Translations under genes and position numbers: made by a program
Part shown: in pieces, positions 11,500 through 24,194 of the stretch
Numbering within the stretch: position 1 is the stretch's first letter
How the letters are laid out: every line of letters begins with the position of its first letter
Assembly (NCBI RefSeq): GCF_001194135.2
Contig: NC_068981.1
Coordinates: 53,089,269 to 53,153,268 of the forward strand
Length of the DNA: 64,000 nucleotides
Reading direction: 5' to 3'
Origin: Octopus bimaculoides
Taxonomy: Eukaryota
The notes under the pieces: model-generated
Database searches by the model: none
Told to the model about the DNA's origin: nothing
The model's input: only the letters and a program-made list of their open reading frames with translations

Positions 11500-13435
11500 T
11501 AAGACGTTGCACAATATCCAATATCATGATGTTGTTGATTGAAGATATTGTGTCTAACCGCAAGTTTGTACTGTTTGTCAAGTCATAACAAGGACCTCAG
11601 ACTGGCAGTACTTTACGTAATATATGTGCAGTCCCAAGTAATGCCGATTTTTGCAATACACCTAGATTGTAGAGTATTTCTAAAGTTTCCAGATATTTCT
11701 TCAGCTTGGTTAGTATTGAATCCAATGTTCTGATGACAACAGGGACAACCTTTATGTTTGACTTTTGTAGCTACCACACCTTGGCAATTTCAATTCTCAG
11801 GTCACTGTATTTATCAATCTCTTTTTTTTTCATGATAATATGTTGATTTCCTGGCACTGCCTCGTCGATTATTAGGCACTCTTGTTTGTCCAGCCTAAAG
11901 GTTACAATATCTGGCCTTCGATGCTCTAACACCTTGTCTGTCTGGAAGTCAAAGTCCCAGAGAATTTTTGCCTTCCCTTTTCCCTCCATTACTTTTCCAG
12001 TGTATGTTGGGATCAAACACCTGTTACTTCATATCTATACTACCAGCATAGCAGCCAGTGAAGGTTTTGGGCTACCTTGTCATGTCTGCGCTTGTACTCT
12101 TTCTGCATAAGACTTTCACAAGTGCTAAAAATGTGATTCATGCTTTTGATCCTTTTCCCACACGTCCTCCAGAGCTCCGTTGCTCTTGTGTGGTATATAT
12201 CCTTTTCACTGAGTTGGTATTCAATGCCTGACCCTGGGCAGCAATGATTAGGCTTTCAGTATTCTTTTTAGGTCCCTTGCTGAGCCATCTCCATGATGCT
12301 TCTTTTAAGTTGTTAGTTTCATGATGGAACATGTAATTCCATGTGGAGTAGAATTTCTTCTCTCTCATTGGCTATCCGTGATCAGAATTCATTAGCACTC
12401 TCAAGTCAATTTTTAATAAATCCTTCTGCATTGACAGCATACTGTAGCAGGTCTTGTTTGCTGTTTACCAAATATTCTGCCATGTTTCTTCTTTCACTGT
12501 TGATGCACGCCCATATGCTAATCAGCTCATGTCTACCTTTACACCTCTTCATGTAGAGTCTGTGTATGTTCATCTTATGGTGGAGGGCATCATGGATTGT
12601 CATTGTCTTTCATGTAATGCGATCGAGTTGGTTAATCTCTTCTTGTGTCCATTTCAGGATGGGTGCACTATAGTGGACTACAGCAATAGCCCATATGCTG
12701 ATGGCAGTCACAAGGTTCCCTGAGGTGAGCTTTGATTTCAAGAGAAGTTTGAGGTGCTTCAAATATACAGTGATGACCTTGACTTTCATTTCTCTGTGCA
12801 TGATATTGTCCAACTCCAGGATCCCAAGGCATTTGTACCCATTATCATCCAGGTCTTCCATTCTCCCTCCATTTGGCAATTTTGTGCCCCTATAATCTGC
12901 TTTTTCCCCCTATTTTAAAGTGAGCACTGAACACTTTGAAATACCGAATTCCATTGCATCCTCTGAAATTGCTGGCCTTGCACCAAAATTTGAAATCATT
13001 ATTGTTATTGTTGTTATTCATGGTGTATAAAACTAATTTAATAAGTATGACAACATAGTTTTGCTGCTTTCTTTGCAGCACATCTGCACAGTCTCAATAA
13101 GCCTCTCCATTTCAGGCTCTGTTTTTGCAAACAGTTTTAAATCATCCATGAAGAGAAGGTGGTTGAGACATAGCCCATTCTTTCTCAGCTCATAGTGCAT
13201 GTCGACTTTGCATAGGAGTACAGAAAGTGGGATCAAGGCTACAACAAATAACAAAGGTGAACAAGAGTTTCCCTGGAAGATACCTCTTTTGATTGTTACC
13301 TTGGCTAAGTGCTGGTTGTTACAGAAAAGACATGTTTTTCAACTAAGCATGCTGTTCTTAATCAGTGCACACATGTTCTCAGCAATTCCACACATATCGA
13401 GTGTTTCCAAAATCCAAAAATACAGCAACATGTAA
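11500..13435 (-). mobile_element. R4/Dong-like REL non-LTR retrotransposon fragment D (RT plus restriction-like endonuclease)
   Basis: LNHLLFMDDLKLFAK, NTESLIIAAQGQAL, KILWDFDFQTDKVLEHRRPDIV...IID..VP...KYSDL and KSALLGTAHILRKVL. The 3' end abuts (TAA/CAA)n at 11460-11500. Confidence 0.88.
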
Positions 13436-13492
13436 GCCTTTTCAAAGTCTATCCATGAATGTGGCAACATGTCGAAGCCTTTTTATAGTCTA

Positions 13493-13555
<63 letters not shown>

Positions 13556-13858
13556 TATTATTATTATCATCATTATTATTATAGAATCATTAGAACACTG
13601 GGCAAAATACTTAGGGGCATTTCATCCGTCTTTATGTTCAGAGTTCAAATTCTGTTATGGTCGACTTTACTTTTCATCCTTTTAGGGTCAATAAAATAAG
13701 TAACAGTTGAGCACTGGGGCTGATGTAATTGACTATGCCCTTCCCCTGAAATTGCTGGCCTTGCACCAAAATTTGAAATCATTATTGTTATTGTTGTTAT
13801 TCATGGTGTATAAAACTAATTTAATAAGTATGACAAAATAGTTTTGCTGCTTTCTTTG
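12963..13858. repeat. 113-bp near-identical direct duplication (12963-13075 and 13746-13858)
   Basis: ctgaaattgctggccttgcacc...ttgctgctttctttg in both; one mismatch seen (gacaacatag vs gacaaaatag). Confidence 0.95.
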
Positions 13859-14985
13859 TAATTTATAAAATTCAAATTATCTTTTCAGTTGACATCATTA
13901 TAAGAAAGGTACTTTCTACAGAATGGAATCAGATGCCAAATGTCTGTTGTTTCCTAATTATGGCTTATTGCTAGGCTTCAAAAGCATTACAGAACAGTAG
14001 AAGAGTAATTATTATAAGAAGTGTCATGTCACTAAACACTAGTTCTTTGGTTTGGTTGATGCCACATTCCCAGCAGTAAAATTCAATTCCCTCCAGGCAT
14101 TCTTTTAACTGTAGAATTAAACAAAAAATTTTTCCTAGCAGAATATGAAGAAGATATTGTAAAGAAGAGTGTCAAAACTTTTCAACTAGCCAATTAGAAG
14201 AGGAAGAGAGCTGCTGTTGATAGCAGAACAAAAAAAAAAAGAAAAGAAAGAAAGAAAGAAAGAAAAGAAAAAGACATAAAGAATCAAACACCCTGTATAA
14301 AAAGAGTACTCAAACTGAAGTTTTACTTTTTCATTTATTATTAGCTTCTATGAGAGTTGTGGGTTGGCAGTATCATTAGAGCACTGGACAATATGCCTTA
14401 CAGTTTTTGTTCAGGTTCTCTATGTTCTGAGTTCAAATCCTCTTGAGGTCAACTTTTATCTTTCATCCCTCTAGAGTCAATAAAATAAAATACAAGCAGA
14501 TTGACTAAACTGACTAATTCTCTTCACCTATTAACAGCTAAATTAGTGATTATTAGTTCTTATGTAATTAACCTTGTAAACAATAATTTACTGGGATTCC
14601 TCATACATAAAAGTAATGTGACCTTAATCCATAAAGTTGTTAATTTATTTCACATCACATATGAAGAAACAAATAGTCTGTGCCTTTACTTCATGAGATT
14701 CAGTTTACCAAATTTCTCTTCTTTTCCCTCAGTCTGTAGGATTAGTAAATATAGGATTGTCCTTTCTTTGCAATATTCAAACATGTAAACATTTTGATAA
14801 TTTTAGATATATTTTAATATTATTTATTTGATTGTCATTTCATAATTGAAAGTATGTTCTTACTGCATATTTCTATAGTCATCAAACTGATTTAATATAT
14901 CACACCAAAAATAAATTTTGGATTGTCAACACTAGTTCTTTGGCTTGGTTGATGCATCCAATGAAAGTATACCTTAGTTACTGTA

Positions 14986-15860
14986 TGAGGTTTGATCAAT
15001 AAATATCCAGACTGTTGCCATAGTAATGAAGCTAAAGCACACAGAGAAAAACGGCTTGGCAAAACTTGACCATGAACTCTGCTGTGCATGCACACTAAGT
15101 TTTAAAGCTCTAGCTCACTTTTGCTGTTTACAGCAGTTCTTGGTGACCATCGCATTGACCATGACAGTAAAAGTTATCATGGCAATACCTGCTCAGAGGC
15201 CTACACAAAATTGCAGAAAGTGTACGGAGAGGAGTGTATGAGCCGCACACAAGTGTACGAGTGTTTCAGACATTTCCAAGATGGCCAAAAAAATGTTGAT
15301 ATTGATGAATGTTCTGGGAGACCTGCAACCAGTAGAACTGAGAAAAACATTGCAGATGTACATGTGGCTCTGAGGGTAAATCATCAAATGACCATCCATG
15401 ATTCATCAGAGGATGTGCAGATTAGTTACAGTTCAGTTCAGTCCATTATCACTGAGGATTTGGGTATGAGATGCGTGTTTGCCAAGTTCGTACCAAAACT
15501 GCTTTCAGCTGTCCAAAAAGACACCCGGGTTCAGTTGTACAAGATCTCCTTGATTGTGTTGAGAATGATGAAAACTTTTTGAAAACTTTGCATAGGACTC
15601 TGAGCAGGTTTCACCAAGCTTTTAGCAAAATATGATGCAGATTCTCTGCTCAACTTTCTCTGTCATGGTCAATGCGATGATCACACGCTACACATCTTCC
15701 TTCAAAGCACTGTTGTAAACGGTAGAAGTAAGCTAGACAATTAAAACTTAGTGTGAATACACAACAGAGTTCAAGGTCAATCTATACCAAACAGCTTCAC
15801 TCTCTGTGCTTTAGCTTCGTTACTATGGCAACAGTCCGGATACTTATTGATCAGACTATG
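14986..15860 (+). mobile_element. Non-autonomous mariner derivative with long inverted arms
   Basis: TA-flanked ends (ga)tcaataaatatccagactgttgccatagtaa and its complement. ORF 15121-15582 encodes the mariner N-terminal HTH (...SGRP...FVPKLL); the catalytic DDD region is absent. Confidence 0.9.
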
Positions 15861-16367
15861 TAGAAACAGAAATAAAGTTAACAAGAAACAAACATAAAAC
15901 TTTGTCTTTTCAAATAAATAAGCTATGTGATAAATACGGACATACTAGGACACGTCTATTCCATAGTTAAAGATGCATGGTGTACTTTTATGAGATGCAG
16001 TGGGTGGGAAGTAATGTACTAGATCAGCCATAAGCAAACTTTAGTCTACACAGGATTTCCAAAATGTCTCACCTTTTGAAAAATGACCTTGAATTTTTTT
16101 AATAGTGTGGCTTGCCTGATGATGAACCATGTCTCATGTGGCTTGCTTCTTGAAAAAGGCTGCCCATGACTGTACTAGATATTAGACCACAAGATTATGA
16201 ATTCACATTTTACTTCAAATATTGTTTTAGAATGCAAAGCATATTATTCTATTAGATTCTGACTGTCTTCCTTCATGGTTAAATAATTGCATGTAGGAAG
16301 GGTGACAGGTTATATAAACAATTATTTCACAGTTGTTTTCAATAATCTTTAAACCAAAAATGTTCTT

Positions 16368-18105
16368 AAGACAGGTTGCCCCTGGGAGCTCCTCTATGCT
16401 GATGACCTTGCTCTAATTGCTGAGTCACTATCAGAACTAGAGCAGAAGTTTCAGGTGTGGAAGCAAGGATTAGAATCGAAGGGCCTTAGAGTAAACCTAG
16501 CTAAAACCAAAGTCCTAATAAGTAGGAAGGTAGACAAACCACAAACCCCTTCAGGTAGATGGTCCTGCTCGATCTGTAGAAAAGGCGTAGGTAGAAACTC
16601 TATAAGATGTACCCAGTGTAAGCTATGGACACATAAGAGGTGCAGCAATATCAAAGGAAGGCTAACTAGCAAGATAGATTTTGTATGTGACAGATGCTCA
16701 GGAGCAATAAACACTGAAAATGTGCAGAGAACAACTTCTGCCACATTCCAGGGAGAAAAACTAGAAGTAGTTAATAGCTTCCGTTACCTAGGTGACCAAA
16801 TTAGTAGCGGGGGGAGGGTGTGCTGAAAGTGTAGCTGCTAGAATAAGAATAGCCTGGGCAAAGTTCAGAGAGTTCTTACCTCTGCTGGTGACAAAGGGCC
16901 TCTCACTCAGAGTAAAAGGCAAACTGTATGACGCATGTGTACGAACAGCCATGCTACATGACAGTGAAACATGGGCCATGACTGCTGAGGACATGCGTAA
17001 ACTTGTAAGGAATGAAGCCAGTATACTCCAATGGATGTGTAATATAAGTGTGCATACTCGACAGAGTATAAGTACCTTGAGAGAATAGTTGGACCTAAGA
17101 AGCATCAGTTGTGGTGTGCAAGAGAGACGATTGCGCTGGTATGGTCATGTAGCGAGAATGGATGAGGATAGCTGTGTGAAAAAGTGCCACACCCTAGCAG
17201 TTGAGGGTACCTGTGGAAGAGGTAGACCCAGGAAGACCTGGGATGAGGTGGTGAAGCACGACCTTCAAACATTAGGCCTCACTAAGGCAATGACTTGTGA
17301 CCGAAACCTTTGGAAATATGCTGTGCATGAGAAGACCAGGCAAGACAAGTGAGACCATAATCCGTGGCCTTTACCAGGGGTGTAGCCAGCCCACTTATTC
17401 GTACCTTTCCTTCTTTGGACACAAAACCCTGCTTGCGAAGACCTGTTGAGGCNNNNNNNNNNNNNNNNNNNNNNNNNNNNNNNNNNNNNNNNNNNNNNNN
17501 NNNNNNNNNNNNNNNNNNNNNNNNNNNNNNNNNNNNNNNNNNNNNNNNNNNNNNNNNNNNNNNNNNNNNNNNNNNNNNNNNNNNNNNNNNNNNNNNNNNN
17601 NNNNNNNNNNNNNNNNNNNNNNNNNNNNNNNNNNNNNNNNNNNNNNNNNNNNNNNNNNNNNNNNNNNNNNNNNNNNNNNNNNNNNNNNNNNNNNNNNNNN
17701 NAACACCATCTGAGTGGGATCACTGCCAGAACAGCGGTCTCGCTCCCGTGCCGGTGGCACGTTAAAAGCACCATTTGAGCGGGATCGTTTCCAGCTTCGC
17801 TTTACTGGCACTTGTGCCAGTGGCATGTGAACAAAACATTGCACTGCCTCCTGTGCAGGTGGCATGTAAAAAACACCATTTGAGCGTGGCCATTGCCAGT
17901 ACTGCCGGACTGGCCCTCATTCTGGTGGCATGTAAAAAGCACCCACAACACTCTCGGAGTGGTTGGAATTAGGAAGGGCATCCAGCTGTAGAAACTGCCA
18001 GATCAGATTGGAGTCTGGTGTAGCCATCTGGTTTGCCAGTCCCCAGTCAAATTGTCCAACCCATGCTAGCATGGAAAGCGGACGTTAAATGATGATGATG
18101 ATGAT
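16368..18105 (+). mobile_element. 5'-truncated RTE LINE: RT C-terminal half with PHD-like finger, 3' UTR minisatellite and (GAT)n tail
   Basis: YADD at 16395-16406, NLAKTK, FRYLG, RRLRWYGHV and RGRPRKTW. Frameshift near 16815 and stop near 17086; N gap in the UTR. Confidence 0.92.
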
Positions 18106-20279
18106 CATCATCATTTTTATATAGTTACTTCCTTAATGGTTAATCTGATACTGCACTTTTGACATATTTATGTGCTTAAAACACGTGCATGCAGTGATAC
18201 AAATGATACAAGAAAAAAAGCATACAGGCATAAAAATATATTTCTTGCTCTTGTTTATATCCTTTCAATATTTAATGATGAGTTTTAACATACAGATTTT
18301 TACACATATATTTTTAAGGTTAGAATTAATAACTTTCTCTCACAAGCCATTTTTCATGGCTTCTTAAAGAAAATCTTGGATAACCTTCAAAATGTAATTA
18401 AACTTACAAATGGAAGTAGAACGTTTTGATAACTTTAGCAAGTTCATCTGAGGTGTAGAGACGTCTTGGAGAGATGTCAAAATTTAGAACAGCATGAAGA
18501 TAGTCAAATTTGCAGCTGGAACTCACAGTAGGCTTGAAACAGTAATCATTATCATTGCTGTCGTCGTCGTCGTCATCATCATTTAACGTCCGTTTTCCAT
18601 GCTAGCATGGATTGGACGGTTTGGCAGGAGCTGGCAAGGCCGTGGGGCCGCACCAGGCTCCATTGTCTGTTCTGACATGGTTTCTTCGACTGGCTGCCCT
18701 TCCTAACGTCAACCACTTCACAGTGTACTGGGTGCTTTTTTTTTTTTGTGGCACCATCATCAGCGCTTTTTTACGTGACATCAATATCAGCGCTTTTTTA
18801 CGTGACATCAATATCAGTGCTTTTTACGTGGAGCCATCACTCGTGTTTTTTTTTTTTAATAATTTATAAACAAACTTCTGCAAGGTAATTTATCTGTACA
18901 CAATTCAATACATACATAAAATATATGTAGTCCTACTGTGAAAAATTGTTTTGGGCTGGAACCCAAGTTAACGAAAATACATGAATAAGGATTTGACTGT
19001 CATGATGTTGAGTCTTATTAGATTCTCATCAGATTCAGTATATTTGTCATGTGCTTTCTGAACTAGGCAATAAACACCTTATAAACAAACTGTTATCTAC
19101 ATAATACGGTGGTAATTAGACAAACATTAACTGAAATTAATTATGCCTTTCCTAACAGAAAATGACATAATATGTATTTATTATGTGAACATGTAAAGGA
19201 AACTGAAAATTGTGATAATGTTCTTCTCATTACAGACACTTATTAACTAGAGAAAAATAAAAAGGCCACATATCGAATGAGATATTCGAAAACAAAAAAT
19301 GCTAAAAGATACTCCTCAGAATTAAAATCATGACAGGGATTTTCAAAATCCCTTTTTTGCGATAGATGGAGATTGCCTGAAGTAAATAAGGGAGAAGGAG
19401 AGAGAAGACAGCAGAAGGAACAACATAAAAATTTAAAAAAACATGAAAAGGGAGAGAGAGAACGAAGCAGAAAAGAACAAGAGAGAGGAGGAGAGAGAGC
19501 GAGAGGAAGATAGACGGGGAGAGTGAGAGAAAGAGGAAGGGACAGAGAGAGAGTGAGAGAGAAAGAAGAATATATATATAGAGACAACAAATATGGAGAG
19601 CTAGAGAACTGGAGGCTAAGGGAGAAAGAGAGAGGGAGTGAGAACAGAGACAGAAAGAAAGATAGCATATAGAAAGAGAAATAGAAGAAAATGTAGAGTG
19701 TGAAAATGTCTATATTTCAGTGGAGGTTAAACTCTCGAAAAATTAGAGAGAACAGATGAATGCTGGAAATAACATAAAGAATGTTACAAAATAAACATCG
19801 TAATATAAACGTTTAAATACAATTTTTATCTGAAATGATGTATAAAAAAACTAAAGATGCATTTAAGACTGCGGATCTTTCATCTCAGAGAGCAGGTTTA
19901 TTAAAATTAGATTTTAGAAAAAATTATGCCATTTAATTTCTATGACCCAGGTCATGTTTTCATACATGGTTTAACGAGCAGTGCGAGACTGTCACCATCA
20001 CCCACCCTCCTGCTTATCACCATCATTACCCCAATCGTCATCATCATCATCATCACAATGTTCGCTAAACCATTATTATCACCACTAGCTCCACCACCAC
20101 CACCACCACAATCGTCATAATAATCATCATTATAATTGTCGTCATCGACCATCTCATCATCATTTTTTCGTTATTATTCTGCTTCATTTATGTTCTAGAT
20201 TTTTATTAAAAAATTTCTTTTTGTATATATTCGGATTTATTTTTCATGCTAAATTTTTTAAGGGTACCAATGTCTCAGA

Positions 20280-20945
20280 CGTAACTGTGTGGTAAAAATT
20301 ATGATTGAATAAAAAAAAGAGAAGAAATACTGGTGATGATGCTGATGATAATGACGAAGACGACGACGACGATGACGAGGTGGATGAGGAGGAGACTGAT
20401 GATTAAGAGTAAAGCAAATATGGTAGCTGCTGCTTCTGTTCGGCACTGCTGCTGCTAGAATCTCAATTATCTCAGCTAAAAGCTCGTTTCTCCTCTGTAT
20501 TATGGCGACAAGTAGCAGCAGTCGATGACAGTAGAGCACTACCAGTAGTCAACATTGTTCTCACAGGGCCCCATCATCAGTTTGATGCTTTCTAAATCCA
20601 CTTACATGACATATGCTACCTGCTTCACTATCTCGGATTAGTCGTATTACTTTGACACTTCAGCAAAACCGGGAATTCATAGAGACACATCCAGTGTTCA
20701 CTGGTGTGTTATTTCCCTGACCTTTTATTTCACGATGTCTATTGTTCAGCCGCCAAGTTCATTTCACAAAGTTATGTAAACAACAGTATTATTTCTCTAT
20801 ATGAATCTATGACCAAGCCGATCTGTTGTATCATTTCATTTTCCGTGCATAATACAACAGCTGGCCAAACGTCTCCTCCACTGTACATAGTTACTCCTTG
20901 CTCCATCAACATCATGATGGAAACATAACACTATGATGATTAAAG
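20280..20945 (+). other. Candidate first exon (long uORF-containing 5' UTR, possible start MMIK at 20933)
   Basis: Ends cactATGATGATTAAAG|gtaagt. The start coordinate is a guess. Confidence 0.35.
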
Positions 20946-21696
20946 GTAAGTGTTATTATTCTGGCTTTTCTCTTGCATCTCGTTATTTTTATTCGTATAA
21001 TGGCATCACTCTGTAGTAAAATTTAGATGGAGTATCTTTTAGATATTCATTACATTTAATTGTCTGTTTAGCAACATAATTGTGTATGCATAAATTCGCA
21101 CATATAAATAGCTAATATACATAATCTGCCTAAGGGTAAATAACGCAATTGATGTAAAGTGTCCACAAAGTGAGGGTCAATTCTACAATTATACATTTAA
21201 GTGAAAAGATCCCCCATTTTTTCAAAGAGTTTCTAGCTTCCATTGCACATCTCTTCATCTTTTACCACTGGTACCTAAATTCTGCTGAAATATACTGTCA
21301 GCTATATATTTCCTCAGGGTTTGCCTGTGCAGATGACGTTACTTACTTATCATCGAAGGCGATAGTGCAATAATAATGTCTTTATTGAAAAACAAAATCA
21401 CTAAAATCTTTACAGTACGTATATATATATATTTTTTCTTTTCTAAGTGATTTGCATGTTGGCGATTGCATGATGATGCCACCATGCCTTTGTGTGCGTG
21501 TGTCTTTGGTTCTGTGTCTCTCAGTACCTGAATGTCGGTCTATGTGTGTGTGAATCTGAGTGATATCATATCAGTTCGATAGCTTACAGCACGTTGGTTT
21601 ATTTAATTTTTTTAACACACACATGTATATATATTATCCGAATACGACTCGGATTTATGTTTTCTAAAAGACGATCATATATATATATATATATAT

Positions 21697-21730
<34 letters not shown>

Positions 21731-21740
21731 NNNNNNNNNN

Positions 21741-21777
<37 letters not shown>

Positions 21778-21959
21778 GGTAAATAAGAGATATGAGTGAG
21801 TGTTATGGACCAACCTACACATATACATAGAAAGTGACAGTGCAAACGAATTCTCATATTTTCAAAATGAACGGATTTAATTTGTCAATCGATTAACTAA
21901 TTAATCAATTGTTAATTGCTTGAATGAAAGACATGCTAAAATGTCTAATAGACAAGGGA

Positions 21960-22066
21960 ATAGCTGCTAGACATTTCTGAGACAGTTATATGTAATTCTG
22001 GCGCCTAGATTCGATGAAGGTGTCGAACTAGACATTAAATATTTTTAATCGCATGGATATTTGAAG
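21960..22066 (+). other. Candidate alternative non-coding first exon
   Basis: CpG-containing segment ending TTGAAG|gtaagt. The start is approximate. Confidence 0.35.
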
Positions 22067-22902
22067 GTAAGTTATCGCTATATCCCTGCCCACCCCGAAC
22101 AAAGACAAACAAATGTATGTCTTAGATTCATCTACATTGACTCCATTTGATGTAGAATTTTAAGAATCTATTGTTGAAGGGAATTTAGTCGTACCTTATT
22201 TTGTTTGGAGACGGTGCCAGCTTACTCAGTGAGTTATGTTTTTCTGGTGCTTATTTCTTTTTAACCATTTTTTGAAATTGATTTTTTTTTATTGTGATTC
22301 GCACGATCTTTTAATCTTGATAATATTTAATGATATTTAACACAGGCACAAGGCAATATATTTTGCAGGATGAAATAGTTGATTAAATCGAAGTCTGTAC
22401 TTGACGGATATTATTTTATTGAAGTTTCCAAACGAAGGTTTAAAACCATTACGATTGTATTAAACATTTATAGATCTAACGTCAGTGAATGTTTTTCTCT
22501 TTTTTTGTTTTGTCGGTGACAAACCAAATTATTTGGCTCCAATCAGTTTGATTGAGAATCAACGTAGATGAGTATTTTATTTAATAACCATAACAAAGCA
22601 ACTGTTTTGGTGATCACTTCCTCAATATAATACATACATATGGGTTTGACTTGCGTAAATTATTTTATTTCAATATATTTTGGTACTTTTTTTTTTAATT
22701 AAGGTATACTCGCAGATCATATATGTTCACCTATATTGTCTCAGCATAATATTTATTTAATAATTCATTGAAGAGGAGAATATAATGAGGCTTTAATTCT
22801 GGTATTATTCGGCTTAAATAGGACTTTAACATCTTTCACTTGCCCCAATATCCCATTCCTCTCCAAAATTCTTAAGTTTTTTAGATTAGTTTCTGTTATA
22901 TA

Positions 22903-22986
22903 GTTCTATATTTAAGAGATGAGGAATTATGTACATTATTTACAATTAACGGGTGTATGGGGTAGTGGTTAAGAGCGCGGGCTACT
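22903..22986 (+). mobile_element. Inverted tail plus tRNA-like head of the hammerhead-bearing SINE family, cut by a gap
   Basis: agttctatatttaagagatgaggaattatgtacattattta is the reverse complement of the tail-like sequence at 24661-24706. It is followed by tatggggtagtggttaagagcgcgggctact, matching the head at 1687-1716. Confidence 0.7.
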
Positions 22987-23024
22987 NNNNNNNNNNTATG
23001 TATGTATGTGTGTGTATATATATA

Positions 23025-23073
<49 letters not shown>

Positions 23074-23735
23074 AATATCTATCTAGCTGATGAAAACCGT
23101 GTAAATTAGTATTTTTCATAGACTAATGTAATTAAGATCTGTCGTATTGTTATAAAAAAAATTCTTTCAATTAAATTTACACTGATTTTCTATAGAATGG
23201 TTTTATACAATTCCTTTGTCTTTTTGTTTTTTAATCTAGCATCTTTTAAAAGTACTTTATACTTTCAGTTTAGTACTTTGGTTACACAATTCATGCACTT
23301 TTCAAATAGATAATCAAATTCCGTCGGGATCGACTTTTGTCTCACTTTCTCTTTTTTTCATTCTTAAGAGTTTCATAAAAATAAAATAACAGTCAAATAC
23401 TGGTTCATTTTAATCAACTGTCTCCTCGTCTTCAAAGCGTGTGGCCTTGTGCCTTTGTCAGAGATCCTTTATAAAAAACGAAATTTTACTCATATTAAGA
23501 AAGTTACAAATTGTGAGGGTATCTAGTATAGTTTACACGATTGCCATAGAAGGCCACCTTAATACTCACTGATGTGACATGTCGGTTACAGTATTGTAGT
23601 AAGCTGATAAATACTTTTTTTATGAGTATGTGCCGGATAAACTTGCGTTTAATCTATGTTCCCATTATTCTCTGAGGATAATTTTTGTATGTGCATTGAT
23701 AATTAATTGCTAACTTAGAAAACGATGTGTCATTG

Positions 23736-23778
<43 letters not shown>

Positions 23779-23808
23779 TATTCTCTCTCTAGACATATGA
23801 TATTAATG

Positions 23809-23876
<68 letters not shown>

Positions 23877-24194
23877 CGTTTATTTATATACATATATTTA
23901 TTTATATGAATATAAGCACACACACATACACACACATGATAGTTGTCCAATAAATTTTCATGTGTCGAAGCTTCACCGTTTCATTCAGTCTTGTCCAATG
24001 ATACAATAATTGTTAATTTACCGCTCTGCACTTGGATTATTTTTTCTAAGCATGAAATCATTCGGTAACATGAATTGGCTGTATTTAGACAAAATTTATA
24101 TTGCATAAATAATAATCCATAATGTGTGTGTGTGTGTGTGGTATTTATATATACACTTATGATATACATGTGCATATATTTATATGCATGCATA

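Larger units (their letters stand above)
19250..23650. promoter_or_regulatory. CpG-retaining promoter-like zone, possibly bidirectional
   Basis: Visibly more CG dinucleotides than the flanks, a GA-rich tract at 19380-19700, plus-strand donors AAG|gtaagt (20946, 22067) and minus-strand gtaagt donors near 21345 and 20605. Confidence 0.5.

Noticed and set aside
13365-13699. Poly-Ile / poly-Tyr ORFs, and similar YI-repeat ORFs at 23725, 46516-46890 and 50207-50939
   Set aside because: Translations of (TAT)n and (TA)n microsatellites.
18745-18830. Three roughly 27-bp tandem units, and roughly 65-bp units at 17700-17940, as a CRISPR-like array
   Set aside because: Head-to-tail minisatellite within the RTE 3' UTR with no unique spacers; eukaryotic context.
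18995-19035. CTGATGA-GAATC...GACTC on the minus strand as a third hammerhead
   Set aside because: No GAAA after stem II, stem II has a mismatch, and there is no stem I.
19926-20539. Low-complexity ORFs near the promoter-like zone
   Set aside because: Driven by CAT/CAC/GAC repeats, with no domain similarity; more likely UTR.
23087-23130. CTGATGA motifs at 23087, 16117, 27517 and 53117
   Set aside because: No stem II followed by GAAA.
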